Position numbers and translations under genes: made by a program
Origin: an uncultured Halobacteriales archaeon
GTDB taxonomy: Archaea; Halobacteriota; Halobacteria; Halobacteriales; SKSH01
Length of the DNA: 64,000 nucleotides
Assembly: GCA_964502835.1 (NCBI GenBank)
Contig: CAZCYF010000002.1
Location: 41,478 to 105,477, forward strand
Reading direction: 5' to 3'
In this document: positions 18,614-28,932 of the stretch, piece after piece
How positions within the stretch are numbered: the first letter of the stretch is position 1
Layout: each line of letters starts with the position of its first letter
Notes under the pieces: generated by a model
Seen by the model: the letters and a program-made list of their open reading frames with translations, nothing else
Told to the model about the DNA's origin: nothing
Databases searched by the model: none

Positions 18614-19156
18614 TCACCGGCGCGGTGGAAGCGAGAATCGTGTAACCGACTGATTCGCGTTCGCATCGTACAGCACCAGCGATTCGACCGTCCAGTCGAC
18701 GCGGTTGACGTCCACCCCTGTCATCCGGGTTGCCGCCCGGCGGTTCCCGCCGCGGGCGAGGGTCACGTGCGGCACATAGTTGGCTCCCTCCACCGCCTCG
18801 TCGACGATACCGAACGCGTGGGCGAACTCCACATGGAGCACCTCTAGCCCGGGGCTCTCGACGGCGAGATAGACGACCGGCGCCGGTCCAGCGGGGGGAT
18901 CGGCGAACACGTCGATCCCGTCCACCCGTGCGGCGATCGGTCCCCACCCGTCGAGTACGGTCTCGATGCGGTCGGAAACGGCGGCGAGGTCGGACCGCGT
19001 GGACCGTCCCAGCCGCTTGACCACCAGCGTGTGATCCTCGATGACGCGGTCGAAGGGCGCGAGGTCCTCGTCGAGCTCGGTGGCAATGGCGGTGATTTGT
19101 GCCGGCACGGGGACGTTCACGCTGTACACGCTGGCCTCAAGGACGGGCGGGTCCAT
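18614..19156 (-). CDS. 2H phosphoesterase superfamily protein (2'-5' RNA ligase-like)
   Basis: Two H-x-T motifs (DHTLVVKRL and PHVTLAR). Second member of this superfamily in the window. Confidence 0.7.
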   Translation of the reverse strand: MDPPVLEASVYSVNVPVPAQITAIATELDEDLAPFDRVIEDHTLVVKRLGRSTRSDLAAVSDRIETVLDGWGPIAARVDGIDVFADPPAGPAPVVYLAVESPGLEVLHVEFAHAFGIVDEAVEGANYVPHVTLARGGNRRAATRMTGVDVNRVDWTVESLVLYDANANQSVTRFSLPPRR

Positions 19157-19177
19157 TAACCTGTGCGGGCTCCGGTC

Positions 19178-21079
19178 TCAGACGCCCCAGATGGCCGCGA
19201 TCCCGAGGGGAGTCACCACGGTCAACAGTAACTGGAGCGGGATCCCTACCCTGGCAAAGTCCGTGAATCGGTAGCCACCGGGACCATACACCATGAGATT
19301 GGTCTGGTAGCCCACTGGTGTCATAAACGCGGTCGACGCGGCGAACGTGACGGCCAGCACGAACGCGAACGGGTCGGCTCCGAGCGAGAGGGCCGCATCG
19401 ACTGCCACCGGGACCATCAACACGATGCTGGCGTTGTTGCTCACGAGCTCGGTCAACATGGCGGTGAACAGGTAGAACACCCCGAGCATGGCGATCGGTG
19501 GGAGGAGCTCACCGAGGCTGACGATGGCGTCAGCGACGAAGTTTGCCGTCCCGGAGGCCTCCATCGCGATCCCGAGGGGGATGACCCCCGCGAGTAGGAA
19601 GATCACGTTCCAGTTGATGGCGTCATAGGCCTCCTCGGGCCGCAAACACCCGGTGGCGACCATCGCGACGATGCCGCCGAGGGCGGCAACCATGATCGAC
19701 ACCACCTCGAACGCGGCGAGCCCGACCACGGTGGCGACGATCCCCAGCGCCAGAGGGAGTTTCGTGCGGTCAAAGGCCTCCAACCGTCGTTCGCCGGAGA
19801 CGACGACGCTGGGGTCGTCCCTGAGCTGGTCGACCGCCTCCGCCGAGCCCTGCACCAACAGCGTGTCGCCGACCTCCAGACCGATCGTGCCGAGGCGCTC
19901 GCGGATGACCGAACCGCCCCGTCGAAGCGCGAGCACCGTGACGTCGTACCGCCGTTGGAAGGCCTCGATCCCGGTCGGTCGGCCCCCCAGTCGAGGTCCC
20001 GGGAGGATGACGACCTCGGTGAGCGTGCGGGGCTGGGAATCCGCCTCGTTGGCGTCGGCGTCCGTCTGGAACGATTCGATACCCGCGAAGGGGCCCTCCG
20101 AGTCACCCTCAAGCACCTCCGGAAGCAAGTCGAGGTCGGCGTCATCAAGGAGTTGCTGGATGGTACCGTCCTCGGCCCTGACCACGAGCACGTCGCGTTC
20201 GCGAAGGCGTCGGCCCGAAAGCCCCGAGCGGATCGTTCGCCCGCCACGGACCAGCTGGAGCACCTCCATGTCGCCCTCCGTGGACTCGATGACCTCGGCG
20301 ATGGTCGCGTCGATGTAGCCCGATTCGGCCGGGACGACCAGTTCGGTCAGATATTCGGCCACCCCGTAGGCTTCGCGTTGATCGGCGGAGATCCGAGCGG
20401 GCGTGAGATACCGGCCGATGGTGAGGAGATAGGCGCTGCCGACGGCCAACACGATCACCCCGAGGGCGGTGAATTCGAACAGTCCGAACGGTGCGGCGCC
20501 GGGAACGTCCTGGCGTGACCAGATATCACTGGCCAGGAGGTTGCTCGAGGTGCCGATCAGGGTGAGGGTGCCGCCCATCATGGCGGCGTAGGAGAGCGGG
20601 ATCAGCAGTTTCGACGGTGAGGTGTTCGCTCGGTCGGCCAGGTCACGGACCGCCGGGATGAGGATGGCGACGATCGGGGTGTTGTTGACGAGCGCCGCGC
20701 TCGGACCGGCGAGACCGACGATCGCCGCCAGTTGACGGGTTTCGCTGTCGCCGGTGTATCGGGAAACGAGACGTGTCAGCATCTGGATCGCCCCGGTCTT
20801 TCGAACCCCCTCGCTCAGGACGAACATGGCGAGGACGGTGATCGTCGCCGGGTTCGAGAATCCGGAGACACCCTCGGCCGGCGACACGCCCGTCCAGGGT
20901 TCGAGGACGATGACGAGCACCATGATCCCGATCGCGCTGATGTCGATCGGGACCGGCTGGGAGACGAACAGGAGGAGGGCCAGGCCGATAATCCCCACGA
21001 CGACGAGAATCTCCTCGGTTAGACCCAACGGGAGGTCCAGCTGCAAGAGCCACATGGCCGGCTCGGTCGAATGAGGCAT
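19178..21079 (-). CDS. SLC13/DASS-family permease with two central TrkA-C domains
   Basis: N- and C-terminal multi-TM halves flank two soluble repeats (VVPAESGYIDATIAEV...; VILPGPRLGGRPTGIE...). Start is 21079 or 21055. Confidence 0.85.
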   Translation of the reverse strand: MPHSTEPAMWLLQLDLPLGLTEEILVVVGIIGLALLLFVSQPVPIDISAIGIMVLVIVLEPWTGVSPAEGVSGFSNPATITVLAMFVLSEGVRKTGAIQMLTRLVSRYTGDSETRQLAAIVGLAGPSAALVNNTPIVAILIPAVRDLADRANTSPSKLLIPLSYAAMMGGTLTLIGTSSNLLASDIWSRQDVPGAAPFGLFEFTALGVIVLAVGSAYLLTIGRYLTPARISADQREAYGVAEYLTELVVPAESGYIDATIAEVIESTEGDMEVLQLVRGGRTIRSGLSGRRLRERDVLVVRAEDGTIQQLLDDADLDLLPEVLEGDSEGPFAGIESFQTDADANEADSQPRTLTEVVILPGPRLGGRPTGIEAFQRRYDVTVLALRRGGSVIRERLGTIGLEVGDTLLVQGSAEAVDQLRDDPSVVVSGERRLEAFDRTKLPLALGIVATVVGLAAFEVVSIMVAALGGIVAMVATGCLRPEEAYDAINWNVIFLLAGVIPLGIAMEASGTANFVADAIVSLGELLPPIAMLGVFYLFTAMLTELVSNNASIVLMVPVAVDAALSLGADPFAFVLAVTFAASTAFMTPVGYQTNLMVYGPGGYRFTDFARVGIPLQLLLTVVTPLGIAAIWGV

Positions 21080-21292
21080 CGGCTCGATGGGTGTCGTTCA
21101 TCGGTGGTGGGCAAAAACTACGGGGATGTCTGGAGCTGGGAAATACCGGACGCAATGCGGCAATCCGCGCCGATGGTGCCGGGTCGCACCGAGCAGATCC
21201 CACGTTGGCATCGGTGCACCCGGCACCGATTCTCCGGTGTGCGTCTGGCCCCGCGAGACCAACCGACGTCGGGTCGACACCGAGAAAGTGGG

Positions 21293-22477
21293 CTACTCGA
21301 CGATCGGTTCGAGGGCCTCCTGGAGCGCGTCCATGCCCACCTCGAGGTCGACGTCGGCATCGGCCGCCTCGAACGCGGTGCCAATTGCCGCAAGTCCGCG
21401 CTCCATGTCACCGGGCGACAGATCGCCCATCGTGCCAAGTCGGAAGATCTCCCCGGAGAGATGGCCGTGCCCGCCGCCAACGAAGACGTTTTGCGCTCGC
21501 AAGGTCCCGAAGAACGGCTCCGGATCCGAACGGACCGCATCGGGGAGTTCGATCGCGGTGACCGTGTTGGCGAAGTCACTCGGCCCCGCGGGATTGGCGA
21601 AGAGGTCGAGACCCATCGCCGTCGCCGCCTGCTCCCAGGCGCGCGCTCGCCGGGCGTGCCCCTCGAGGTAGGGGTCCATCCCGGTCTCGCGGATGCCGTC
21701 GAGGGCCGCCTGCAATCCGTAAAAGAGGGTGACCGCGCTCGTGAACGGGGTCTGGCTCCGTTCGCTCCGTTCGAGCGTCCGGTGCAGGTCCGCATAAAAC
21801 GCGGTCTGGTCCGCATCGAGGGCGTCGACCGCATCGGTGGACAGGAACACGGCACACACACCCGGCGAGGCGGCCACGGCCTTCTGGGCGTCGACCACCG
21901 AGACGTCGATGCCCCACTCGGCGGGGTGGACGTGCTCACCGCCGATCGCCGATACCCCGTCGACGACGAACAACGCGTCCGTGTCGGCGACCGCGGTGCC
22001 GATTGCGCCGATGGGATTTCGCAGCCCCGAGCTCGTCTCGGTGTGCACCACGGTGACCATGTCGTACGCCCCCGATTCGACCGCCTCGGTCACGACATCG
22101 ATGTCGAAGGACTCCCCCCACGGGATCTCGAGTTCGTCGACCTGACAGTGACGGTCAGCGATCTGCGCGAAGCGGTGGCCGAAATTGCCGTTTTTCAGGG
22201 CCAACACGGTGTCATCCGGCGAGACGAAGTTGGCAACGGCCGCCTCCATCCCGAGCGTGGCCGTGGCGTTCAACAAGACGACCCGGCCGTCCCAGTCGGC
22301 GGGACGGCCGTCCGCCCGTGAATGGGTGTACACGTGTCGAAAACCGGCGCGTACGTCATCGTACACGGATTCGAATGCGCTCGACCGGTGTGAGATCATC
22401 GGCTGTGACAGCGCCTCCTGAACCTCTCGGCGCATCATCACCGGTCCGGGGTTCAACAGCAGCGTCTCCTCAACCAT
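21293..22477 (-). CDS. class V aminotransferase (serine-pyruvate / alanine-glyoxylate type)
   Basis: LLNPGPV start motif, TETSSG, and DAQKAV (PLP lysine). Inner ATG 22477. Confidence 0.8.
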   Translation of the reverse strand: MVEETLLLNPGPVMMRREVQEALSQPMISHRSSAFESVYDDVRAGFRHVYTHSRADGRPADWDGRVVLLNATATLGMEAAVANFVSPDDTVLALKNGNFGHRFAQIADRHCQVDELEIPWGESFDIDVVTEAVESGAYDMVTVVHTETSSGLRNPIGAIGTAVADTDALFVVDGVSAIGGEHVHPAEWGIDVSVVDAQKAVAASPGVCAVFLSTDAVDALDADQTAFYADLHRTLERSERSQTPFTSAVTLFYGLQAALDGIRETGMDPYLEGHARRARAWEQAATAMGLDLFANPAGPSDFANTVTAIELPDAVRSDPEPFFGTLRAQNVFVGGGHGHLSGEIFRLGTMGDLSPGDMERGLAAIGTAFEAADADVDLEVGMDALQEALEPIVE

Positions 22478-22557
22478 ACCCCAACGGTCGCCCAAGGAGA
22501 TGAAAAACGCCTCGACCTGACCGAGCGTTTTAGCCCACCGGGACCGCATCCGCCACC

Positions 22558-24651
22558 ATGGCGGTCGAGGCGCCCGCGGACAACCCCTATATTCGGGACC
22601 CACCCACCGGGTTCGCTCCCGTCGAGGAGCTGTCCGAGGACGAGGCACACGACCAGATCGCTGACCTCCGCGAAGCGATCCGGTATCACGACCACCGCTA
22701 TTACGTCGCGAACGATCCGGTGATCGCCGATCGGGCCTATGATCGGCTGTTCGACCGCCTCGAGACGCTCGAACACGCGTTCGACGCGGTCGACCCGACG
22801 AGTCCGACCCAGCGGGTGGCCCCGTCGCCGGTCGACGAGTTCGACGAGGTCGAACACGTCGCGTTGATGCTGTCGCTCGACGCGAGCGATGACGCGGACG
22901 CGGTGCGAGAGTTCGACCGACGCGTCCGCGAGGAGGTCGGACCCGTCTCCTACGTTCTCGAGCCGAAGTTCGATGGGGTGGCGATCGAACTGGTGTACGA
23001 GAACGGTCACCTGCAACGGGCCGTAACCAGGGGGGACGGCGAGGCCGGTGACGACGTGACCGAAAACGTCAGAACGATACGCTCGATACCGGACCGGCTG
23101 TTCGACGAGCCGCCTGCCTTCCTCGCCGTCCGTGGCGAGATTTACATGCCGAAGGATGGCTTCCAGGATCACAACGAACACCGGATCCAGGAGGGCCTCG
23201 AGCCGTTCGCAAACCCGCGCAACGCGGCTGCCGGAACGTTGCGCCAGCTTGATCCGGGCGTGGTCGCAAATCGCCCGCTCGACTGTTTCGTCTTTGACGT
23301 CCTCGATGCGAGCGATCCCTGGGAGAGTCGGTGGCGCGAACACGAGGCCCTCGAAACCTTCGGCCTGCGGGTCCCCGATCGGGTCGAGCGGGTCGACGAC
23401 ATCGAAGACGCGATCGCGTACCGCGATCGGCTGATGGCCGCGCGTGATGCGCTCAATTACGAGATTGACGGCGTGGTGATCAAGGTCAACGACCGCGACC
23501 AGCGCGAGACGCTCGGCCACACCGCCCGCGCCACCCGGGGGGCGTTCGCGTACAAGTTCCCCGCCCGAACGACGGAGACCACGGTCTCGCGGATCACCGT
23601 CCAGGTCGGTCGAACCGGTCGGGTGACCCCCCTCGCCCTGTTGGAACCCGTCGATGTTGGGGGTGTCACCGTCTCCCGGGCCAGCCTCCACAACTTCGAG
23701 GAGGTGCGAAAGAAGAACGTCAACGAGGGTGACGTGGTCCACATCCAACGGGCTGGCGACGTGATCCCCTACGTGGCCGAGGTCGTCGAGAAACGGTCAG
23801 ATGGGCCCTTCGAGGCGCCCGATCGGTGTCCGATTTGTGACGCGGCGATCGCGTTCGACGGCCCCCTCGCGTACTGTACCGGAGGACGTGACTGCCCCGC
23901 ACAGCTGAGGGAATCGGTGATCTACTTCGCCGGCGACAACGGCCTCGACATCGAGGGGATCGGTGACGAATCCGTGAGACAGTTCATGGACGCCGGACTC
24001 ATCGAGGATGACATCGCCGACCTGTTCGCCATCAGCGAACGCGATCTTCGGTCGTTGGAGGGATGGGGTCGCCGAAGTGCCCGGAAGGTGATCGACGAGA
24101 TCGAGCGGGCCAAGGAACCCGACCTCGACACGTTCATTGCTGCCTTGGGCATTCCGGAGGTCGGCCCGACGATCGCCCGACAGGTGGCGCGCGCCTTGGG
24201 CACGCTCGAGGAGGTGGCGAGCGCTGACCGTGATACGCTCGAGACCGTGGATGAGGTCGGTCCCTCCGTGGCCGCCTCCATCGTGGAGTGGTTTGCTGAC
24301 GAGCGAAACGAGGCCCTGCTCGACGACCTTGCCAGCCACGGCGTCGAACCACAGCCGTTCACAGCGGCCACCGGCGACCGCCTTGAGGGCGTGACCATCG
24401 TGATCACCGGATCGCTCCCGACGCTCACCCGCGACCGTGCCAGGGAGCTGGTCGAGCGAGACGGCGGTCGGGTCACCGCCAGTGTCTCCGGAAACACGGA
24501 TTATCTGGTCGTCGGCGACAATCCGGGCGAGCGGAAGGTCAGCGACGCCGAACGACACGGTGTCGAGTCGATTTCCGGCGATGCGTTCGAGGACTGGTTG
24601 GCCGGCGACGCGGACCGACCGCGACAGGCAACCCTCGGCGAGGAGTTTTAG
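22558..24651 (+). CDS. ligA: NAD-dependent DNA ligase LigA
   Basis: Adenylation motif EPKFDGVA, four-Cys zinc finger (CPICDA...CTGGRDCPAQ), HhH region and C-terminal BRCT (ITGSLP..RD). Confidence 0.9.
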   Translation: MAVEAPADNPYIRDPPTGFAPVEELSEDEAHDQIADLREAIRYHDHRYYVANDPVIADRAYDRLFDRLETLEHAFDAVDPTSPTQRVAPSPVDEFDEVEHVALMLSLDASDDADAVREFDRRVREEVGPVSYVLEPKFDGVAIELVYENGHLQRAVTRGDGEAGDDVTENVRTIRSIPDRLFDEPPAFLAVRGEIYMPKDGFQDHNEHRIQEGLEPFANPRNAAAGTLRQLDPGVVANRPLDCFVFDVLDASDPWESRWREHEALETFGLRVPDRVERVDDIEDAIAYRDRLMAARDALNYEIDGVVIKVNDRDQRETLGHTARATRGAFAYKFPARTTETTVSRITVQVGRTGRVTPLALLEPVDVGGVTVSRASLHNFEEVRKKNVNEGDVVHIQRAGDVIPYVAEVVEKRSDGPFEAPDRCPICDAAIAFDGPLAYCTGGRDCPAQLRESVIYFAGDNGLDIEGIGDESVRQFMDAGLIEDDIADLFAISERDLRSLEGWGRRSARKVIDEIERAKEPDLDTFIAALGIPEVGPTIARQVARALGTLEEVASADRDTLETVDEVGPSVAASIVEWFADERNEALLDDLASHGVEPQPFTAATGDRLEGVTIVITGSLPTLTRDRARELVERDGGRVTASVSGNTDYLVVGDNPGERKVSDAERHGVESISGDAFEDWLAGDADRPRQATLGEEF

Positions 24652-25490
24652 AGATCGGCGTTGCGAAAGCGGAGATAGCCGAGTCCGAACGGCACGACGA
24701 GCCAGGCGAGCAAGACGAGCAGGGCCGCCCATTCGCTGAGGTAGATCGGGACGTCACTCGGGAAGGTGTCAGAATAGAGATCGACGCCGGGGAGGAGCCC
24801 CTGTGCGGCGACACTATAGGCACCATCCGGAGCCAGCATGTCGACGAAGAGGTACCACTCGGGGAAGCCCTCGGTGAACGTGAAGAAGATGTCTCCCTCG
24901 ATCAGATAGTTCAGTCCCATCAGGATGATGTCCCAGATCAGGAAGAAGGTCGCGAACACGCCGAACATGGCCGCGCCGGCGACCGTCGAGCTCCCGACGG
25001 CACCTGAGATAGCGATCGCGATCGAGACGAAGGCCACCGCGAAGAAGATCGACAGGACGAACAGGATCAGGAACTGGTCGATCGCCACGAGTTCGACGAA
25101 GATCGAGATGATGACCCCCATCACGAGGAACGCAATCGCGACCGGAATGGCCATCACGATGGACCGTCCCACCAGCTTGCCGAACATCACGTCCCAGCGA
25201 TTGTGTGGTAACGCGAGGAGGACCTTCAGACTGCCCGACTCCCGCTCGCCCACGATCGCCTTATAGCCCACCAGCAAGGCGATGATCGGGGCGAACAGCG
25301 ACACGGGGCTGATGATGAACACCATGGCGTCGAGGGCGGTCGCCGAATCGGAGCCATTGAGGTCTGAGATCAACACGAAGGCTCCGGCAACGAGCACGGC
25401 AAAGAGCAAGAACAGGGCCGAGATGACCCACAGGACCAGTGACCGGGAGGCATCGCTGACCTCCTTTCGCATGATCGCCTGCCAGCTCAT
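24648..25490 (-). CDS. ABC-2 type transporter permease
   Basis: 280 aa with about six TM helices. 4-nt overlap with the upstream ATPase gene. Confidence 0.75.
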   Translation of the reverse strand: MSWQAIMRKEVSDASRSLVLWVISALFLLFAVLVAGAFVLISDLNGSDSATALDAMVFIISPVSLFAPIIALLVGYKAIVGERESGSLKVLLALPHNRWDVMFGKLVGRSIVMAIPVAIAFLVMGVIISIFVELVAIDQFLILFVLSIFFAVAFVSIAIAISGAVGSSTVAGAAMFGVFATFFLIWDIILMGLNYLIEGDIFFTFTEGFPEWYLFVDMLAPDGAYSVAAQGLLPGVDLYSDTFPSDVPIYLSEWAALLVLLAWLVVPFGLGYLRFRNADL

Positions 25491-26395
25491 GGTGTGGCCC
25501 CCTCGGTGTAGGTCCGGAACAGTTCATCCAGTGCCACTTCCTCGGTCCGAAAGTCCAAGACGTCGACCCCGCCGTTTTCGATCGCCTCCAGAATCTCGAC
25601 CTTGCCGGCCTCGCCGATGGCGACGCGGAGCTGGTCGGTCTCGACGTCGACGCGGCCGACGCCATCGACCGACTCCAGCAACGTGGCCGCCTCGGGCGGG
25701 TCGTCGACCGTGATGACGAGCGTCCCGCCGTCGCCGACGGCCTCACGAAGGCCATCGATCGTGTCCTCGGCCACGAGCTGGCCGTTCCGGAGGATGCCAA
25801 CGCGGTCACAGATCGCCTCGACCTGTTCGAGGATGTGACTCGAGAAGAACACCGTCGCACCCCGGTCACGCTCCTCGCGGATGACCGACCGCATCTCCCG
25901 GGCTCCGTTCGGGTCCAATCCGGTGGACGGCTCGTCGAGGACCAGCAAGTCGGGGTCGCCCACGAGGGCCATGGCCAATCCCAGACGCTGGCGCATGCCC
26001 GTGGAATAGCCACCGGCCTTGCGATCGGCGGCATCCTCGATCCCGGTGCGTTCGAGAAAGGTCATCGGGTCGGCCTCGATACCCTTGGACTCGATGACGA
26101 ACTCGAGGTGGCGCCGTCCCGTCAGCCGGTCGTAGACGCCGAACCCCTCTGGAAGGACACCCATGCGCTGGCGAACGGCCTTTGCCTCGGTGCGCGGATC
26201 ACGACCGAACACCCGGACCGTGCCGGTGGTCGGTCGGACGAAATCGAGCATCAGGTCGATCGTGGTCGTCTTTCCGGCACCGTTCGGCCCGAGAAAGCCG
26301 TAAATCTCACCCTCGTTGACCGTGAGATCGAGGCCGTCAACGGCCGTGACGTCCCCGAATCGTTTGGTCAGATCCCGTAGTTCGATGGGCGGCAT
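25487..26395 (-). CDS. ABC transporter ATP-binding protein
   Basis: Walker A GPNGAGKTT, signature YSTGMRQR, Walker B LLVLDEP. Confidence 0.9.
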   Translation of the reverse strand: MPPIELRDLTKRFGDVTAVDGLDLTVNEGEIYGFLGPNGAGKTTTIDLMLDFVRPTTGTVRVFGRDPRTEAKAVRQRMGVLPEGFGVYDRLTGRRHLEFVIESKGIEADPMTFLERTGIEDAADRKAGGYSTGMRQRLGLAMALVGDPDLLVLDEPSTGLDPNGAREMRSVIREERDRGATVFFSSHILEQVEAICDRVGILRNGQLVAEDTIDGLREAVGDGGTLVITVDDPPEAATLLESVDGVGRVDVETDQLRVAIGEAGKVEILEAIENGGVDVLDFRTEEVALDELFRTYTEGATP

Positions 26396-26508
26396 TGCTA
26401 TTATCCTCCACGCTAAGAGCCATTAGTCCCACCGGTTCGTGGTTCACTTCGGGTGCCCGTCGGGGCGATCACGCCGTCGACTCCGTGGGGTGGTCGGTGG
26501 GGACATGG

Positions 26509-26697
26509 TCACCGGGTCGAACCGTCATCGAGGAAGCGCAGGAGAACGGCAAAGACCGCCAGGCTCGCCACGAAGGCCACCAGGAACGTCGCAAGTTCGA
26601 CGAAGACCAACTCACCGCGCGTGGCGAACGAGGTGAAGACGAATGCATTGAGTGCGGCGAGACCTCCCGCCACAACCAGTCGCGTGCGCTGGCGCAT
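26509..26697 (-). CDS. small 2-TM protein upstream of ABC exporter, hypothetical
   Basis: 62 aa: [21 protein letters not shown]...[19 protein letters not shown]. Weak TATA (GGTTATGG) lies ~25 nt upstream of the ATG. Confidence 0.35.
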   Translation of the reverse strand: MRQRTRLVVAGGLAALNAFVFTSFATRGELVFVELATFLVAFVASLAVFAVLLRFLDDGSTR

Positions 26698-26819
26698 ATC
26701 CGATCACGACGGGTGACGACCATAACCGTTCTGAGCGAGGGACCGAACCGTCGTCGGCCAACCTCGTTGGAGGCCCGGAAGCCGAGGTTTATTCGTGTTC
26801 ACGCCGGAGGGACCCCCCG

Positions 26820-28556
26820 ATGGACGCGGCCACGTTGACCGAGCAGATCGACGCCGTTCCGACCGATCCCGGCGTCTACCAGTTCTTTGACGGTGACGCC
26901 GCCCTCTACGTGGGCAAAGCGGTCGATCTCCGGTCACGACTCCGTTCCTATCGTGACCCGCGGAGCCCACGGATCGCGTCGATGGTCGACCAAGCCGACC
27001 GTCTCGAGTATGCGCTGACTGATACCGAGACGCAGGCGTTACTGCTCGAGGCCAACCTCATCAAGCGGTTGCAACCCCGGTACAACGTCCGCCTGACCGA
27101 CGACAAGTCCTATCCGCTGGTGCAACTCACCGACCACGAGGTTCCACGGATCGAGGTCACCAGAGACCCCGAGACCGAGGCCACGGTGTTCGGTCCGTTC
27201 ACCGACCGTGGACGTCTCGATGCCGTCGTGAAATCGATCCGCGAACAGTTCGGCCTTCGTGGCTGCTCGGACCACAAGTACGCCAACCGTGACCGGCCGT
27301 GTCTCGATTACGAACTCGGTCTCTGTGCTGCCCCGTGTACCGGCGAGATCGATCCCGAGACCTACCGTGACCGTGTTCGCTCGGCTGAACGGTACTTCGC
27401 CGGCGAGGTAGGCGTGCTCGCGACGCCGCTTGAGGCCGAGATGCACCAGGCTGCGGCGGATCACGCCTACGAACGAGCGGCGAACCTTCGGGACCGACTT
27501 GCGGCGGCGAACCGCCTTCACGGGTCCGGCGAACCCGCCATCGCCAGGCACGCCGAGGAGTCGAGTCTCGACGTGATCGGCGTCGCACTCAAGGGCGACG
27601 AGGCGGTCGTCGCACGCCTGCACAGCGAGGGCGGGCAGTTGGTCGATCGCACGCGACGGACCATGGCCGCCCCAGCCGTCTCGGAGGACCGCATCGCGGA
27701 GGTCGTCGGGGCGTTTGTGACGCAGTTTTACGCCGAACGGTTGCTCCCAGATGCGATCGTGGTGCAGGAGCGACCCGACGCCAGGGTACGCGACTGGCTC
27801 GAGCAGGAGGGGGTGAACCTTCGTCTCGGTGGCGGTGGTCGCGACGGGACGTTACTCGATCTCGCCCTCAAGAACGCGAACGCGGGTACCCCCGAGACGG
27901 GCGATCCAGTGACACTGCTCGGCGACCGCCTCGGAATCGCGCGCCCACGCCACCTCGAGGGGTTCGACGTGAGCCATGCCCAGGGGCGGGCCGTCGTGGG
28001 CGCGAACGTCCGGTTCGTCGACGGCCGCCCCGACAAGGCCGGCTACCGTCGCAAACGTCTGCCCGATGGCAACGACGACGTCGACCGCATGGCACGCCTC
28101 GCCGACTGGCGCGCCGAACGCGCGCTCGAGGGGCGAGATGACCGTCCGGATCCGGACCTCGTCCTCGTCGACGGCGGACGTGCGCAGTTGGACGCCGTCA
28201 TTGGCCGATTCGCGGACCTCGGCTGGGACGTGCCGGTGATCGCCCTGGCCAAGCGAGAAGAGACGGTCATCACGGCCGAGGGACCGGCGTCGTGGCCATC
28301 CGACGATCCCGCCTTACACCTCTGTCAGCGCGTGCGCGACGAGGCCCACCGCTTCGCCGTCAACTACCACCAGACCGTCCGGGATCGGGTCGAAACGGTG
28401 CTGGATGAGGTTCCCGGGATCGGCCCGACACGACGGCGACGATTGCTCCGTCGCTTCGGCAGCCTGGACGGCATTCGATCAGCCTCGCCAGCTGAATTGC
28501 GCACCGTCGACGGGATCGGGGAGGAGACGGTCCAGGAGTTGCGAGCCAGGCTTTAG
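26820..28556 (+). CDS. uvrC: excinuclease ABC subunit C
   Basis: GIY-YIG ([16 protein letters not shown]), UVR domain, endonuclease domain and C-terminal HhH ([13 protein letters not shown]). Inner ATG of track ORF 26652. Confidence 0.9.
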   Translation: MDAATLTEQIDAVPTDPGVYQFFDGDAALYVGKAVDLRSRLRSYRDPRSPRIASMVDQADRLEYALTDTETQALLLEANLIKRLQPRYNVRLTDDKSYPLVQLTDHEVPRIEVTRDPETEATVFGPFTDRGRLDAVVKSIREQFGLRGCSDHKYANRDRPCLDYELGLCAAPCTGEIDPETYRDRVRSAERYFAGEVGVLATPLEAEMHQAAADHAYERAANLRDRLAAANRLHGSGEPAIARHAEESSLDVIGVALKGDEAVVARLHSEGGQLVDRTRRTMAAPAVSEDRIAEVVGAFVTQFYAERLLPDAIVVQERPDARVRDWLEQEGVNLRLGGGGRDGTLLDLALKNANAGTPETGDPVTLLGDRLGIARPRHLEGFDVSHAQGRAVVGANVRFVDGRPDKAGYRRKRLPDGNDDVDRMARLADWRAERALEGRDDRPDPDLVLVDGGRAQLDAVIGRFADLGWDVPVIALAKREETVITAEGPASWPSDDPALHLCQRVRDEAHRFAVNYHQTVRDRVETVLDEVPGIGPTRRRRLLRRFGSLDGIRSASPAELRTVDGIGEETVQELRARL

Positions 28557-28885
28557 TCCTCGCGAGCCGCCCAGAGGCGCTGGGCAAACGCCAGCCCGGC
28601 GGCAATCCAGATGCCAAACGCCCCAAGCGTCAGCAGGCCCGCGATCTCCGGCAGCCCGTCGGTCAACAGGACGAACCCGAGGCCCGCTGCCACACCGAGG
28701 ATCAACTCCCCCTTGACGATGCCGATCGCACCGGCACCGGCGAGCGCGCCGATCGCGACGACGACGAGCAGCCGGCCGAGCGTAATCTCGGGGTCAACGA
28801 GTGCCCCCAGGCTCGCGCCGGTAACGCTCGCGGCGATCATGACGGCGAACAACCCGATCAGTCGGTGGGGACCGGCATCACTCAT
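28553..28885 (-). CDS. small multi-TM membrane protein, hypothetical
   Basis: 110 aa, Gly/Ala/Leu-rich, 3-4 TM helices. Lies downstream of uvrB on the same strand. Confidence 0.5.
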   Translation of the reverse strand: MSDAGPHRLIGLFAVMIAASVTGASLGALVDPEITLGRLLVVVAIGALAGAGAIGIVKGELILGVAAGLGFVLLTDGLPEIAGLLTLGAFGIWIAAGLAFAQRLWAARED

Positions 28886-28932
28886 CGCGTCACCGGTCGT
28901 GGGAGACGGTCTAAAGGATGGCGAATCTGCCG

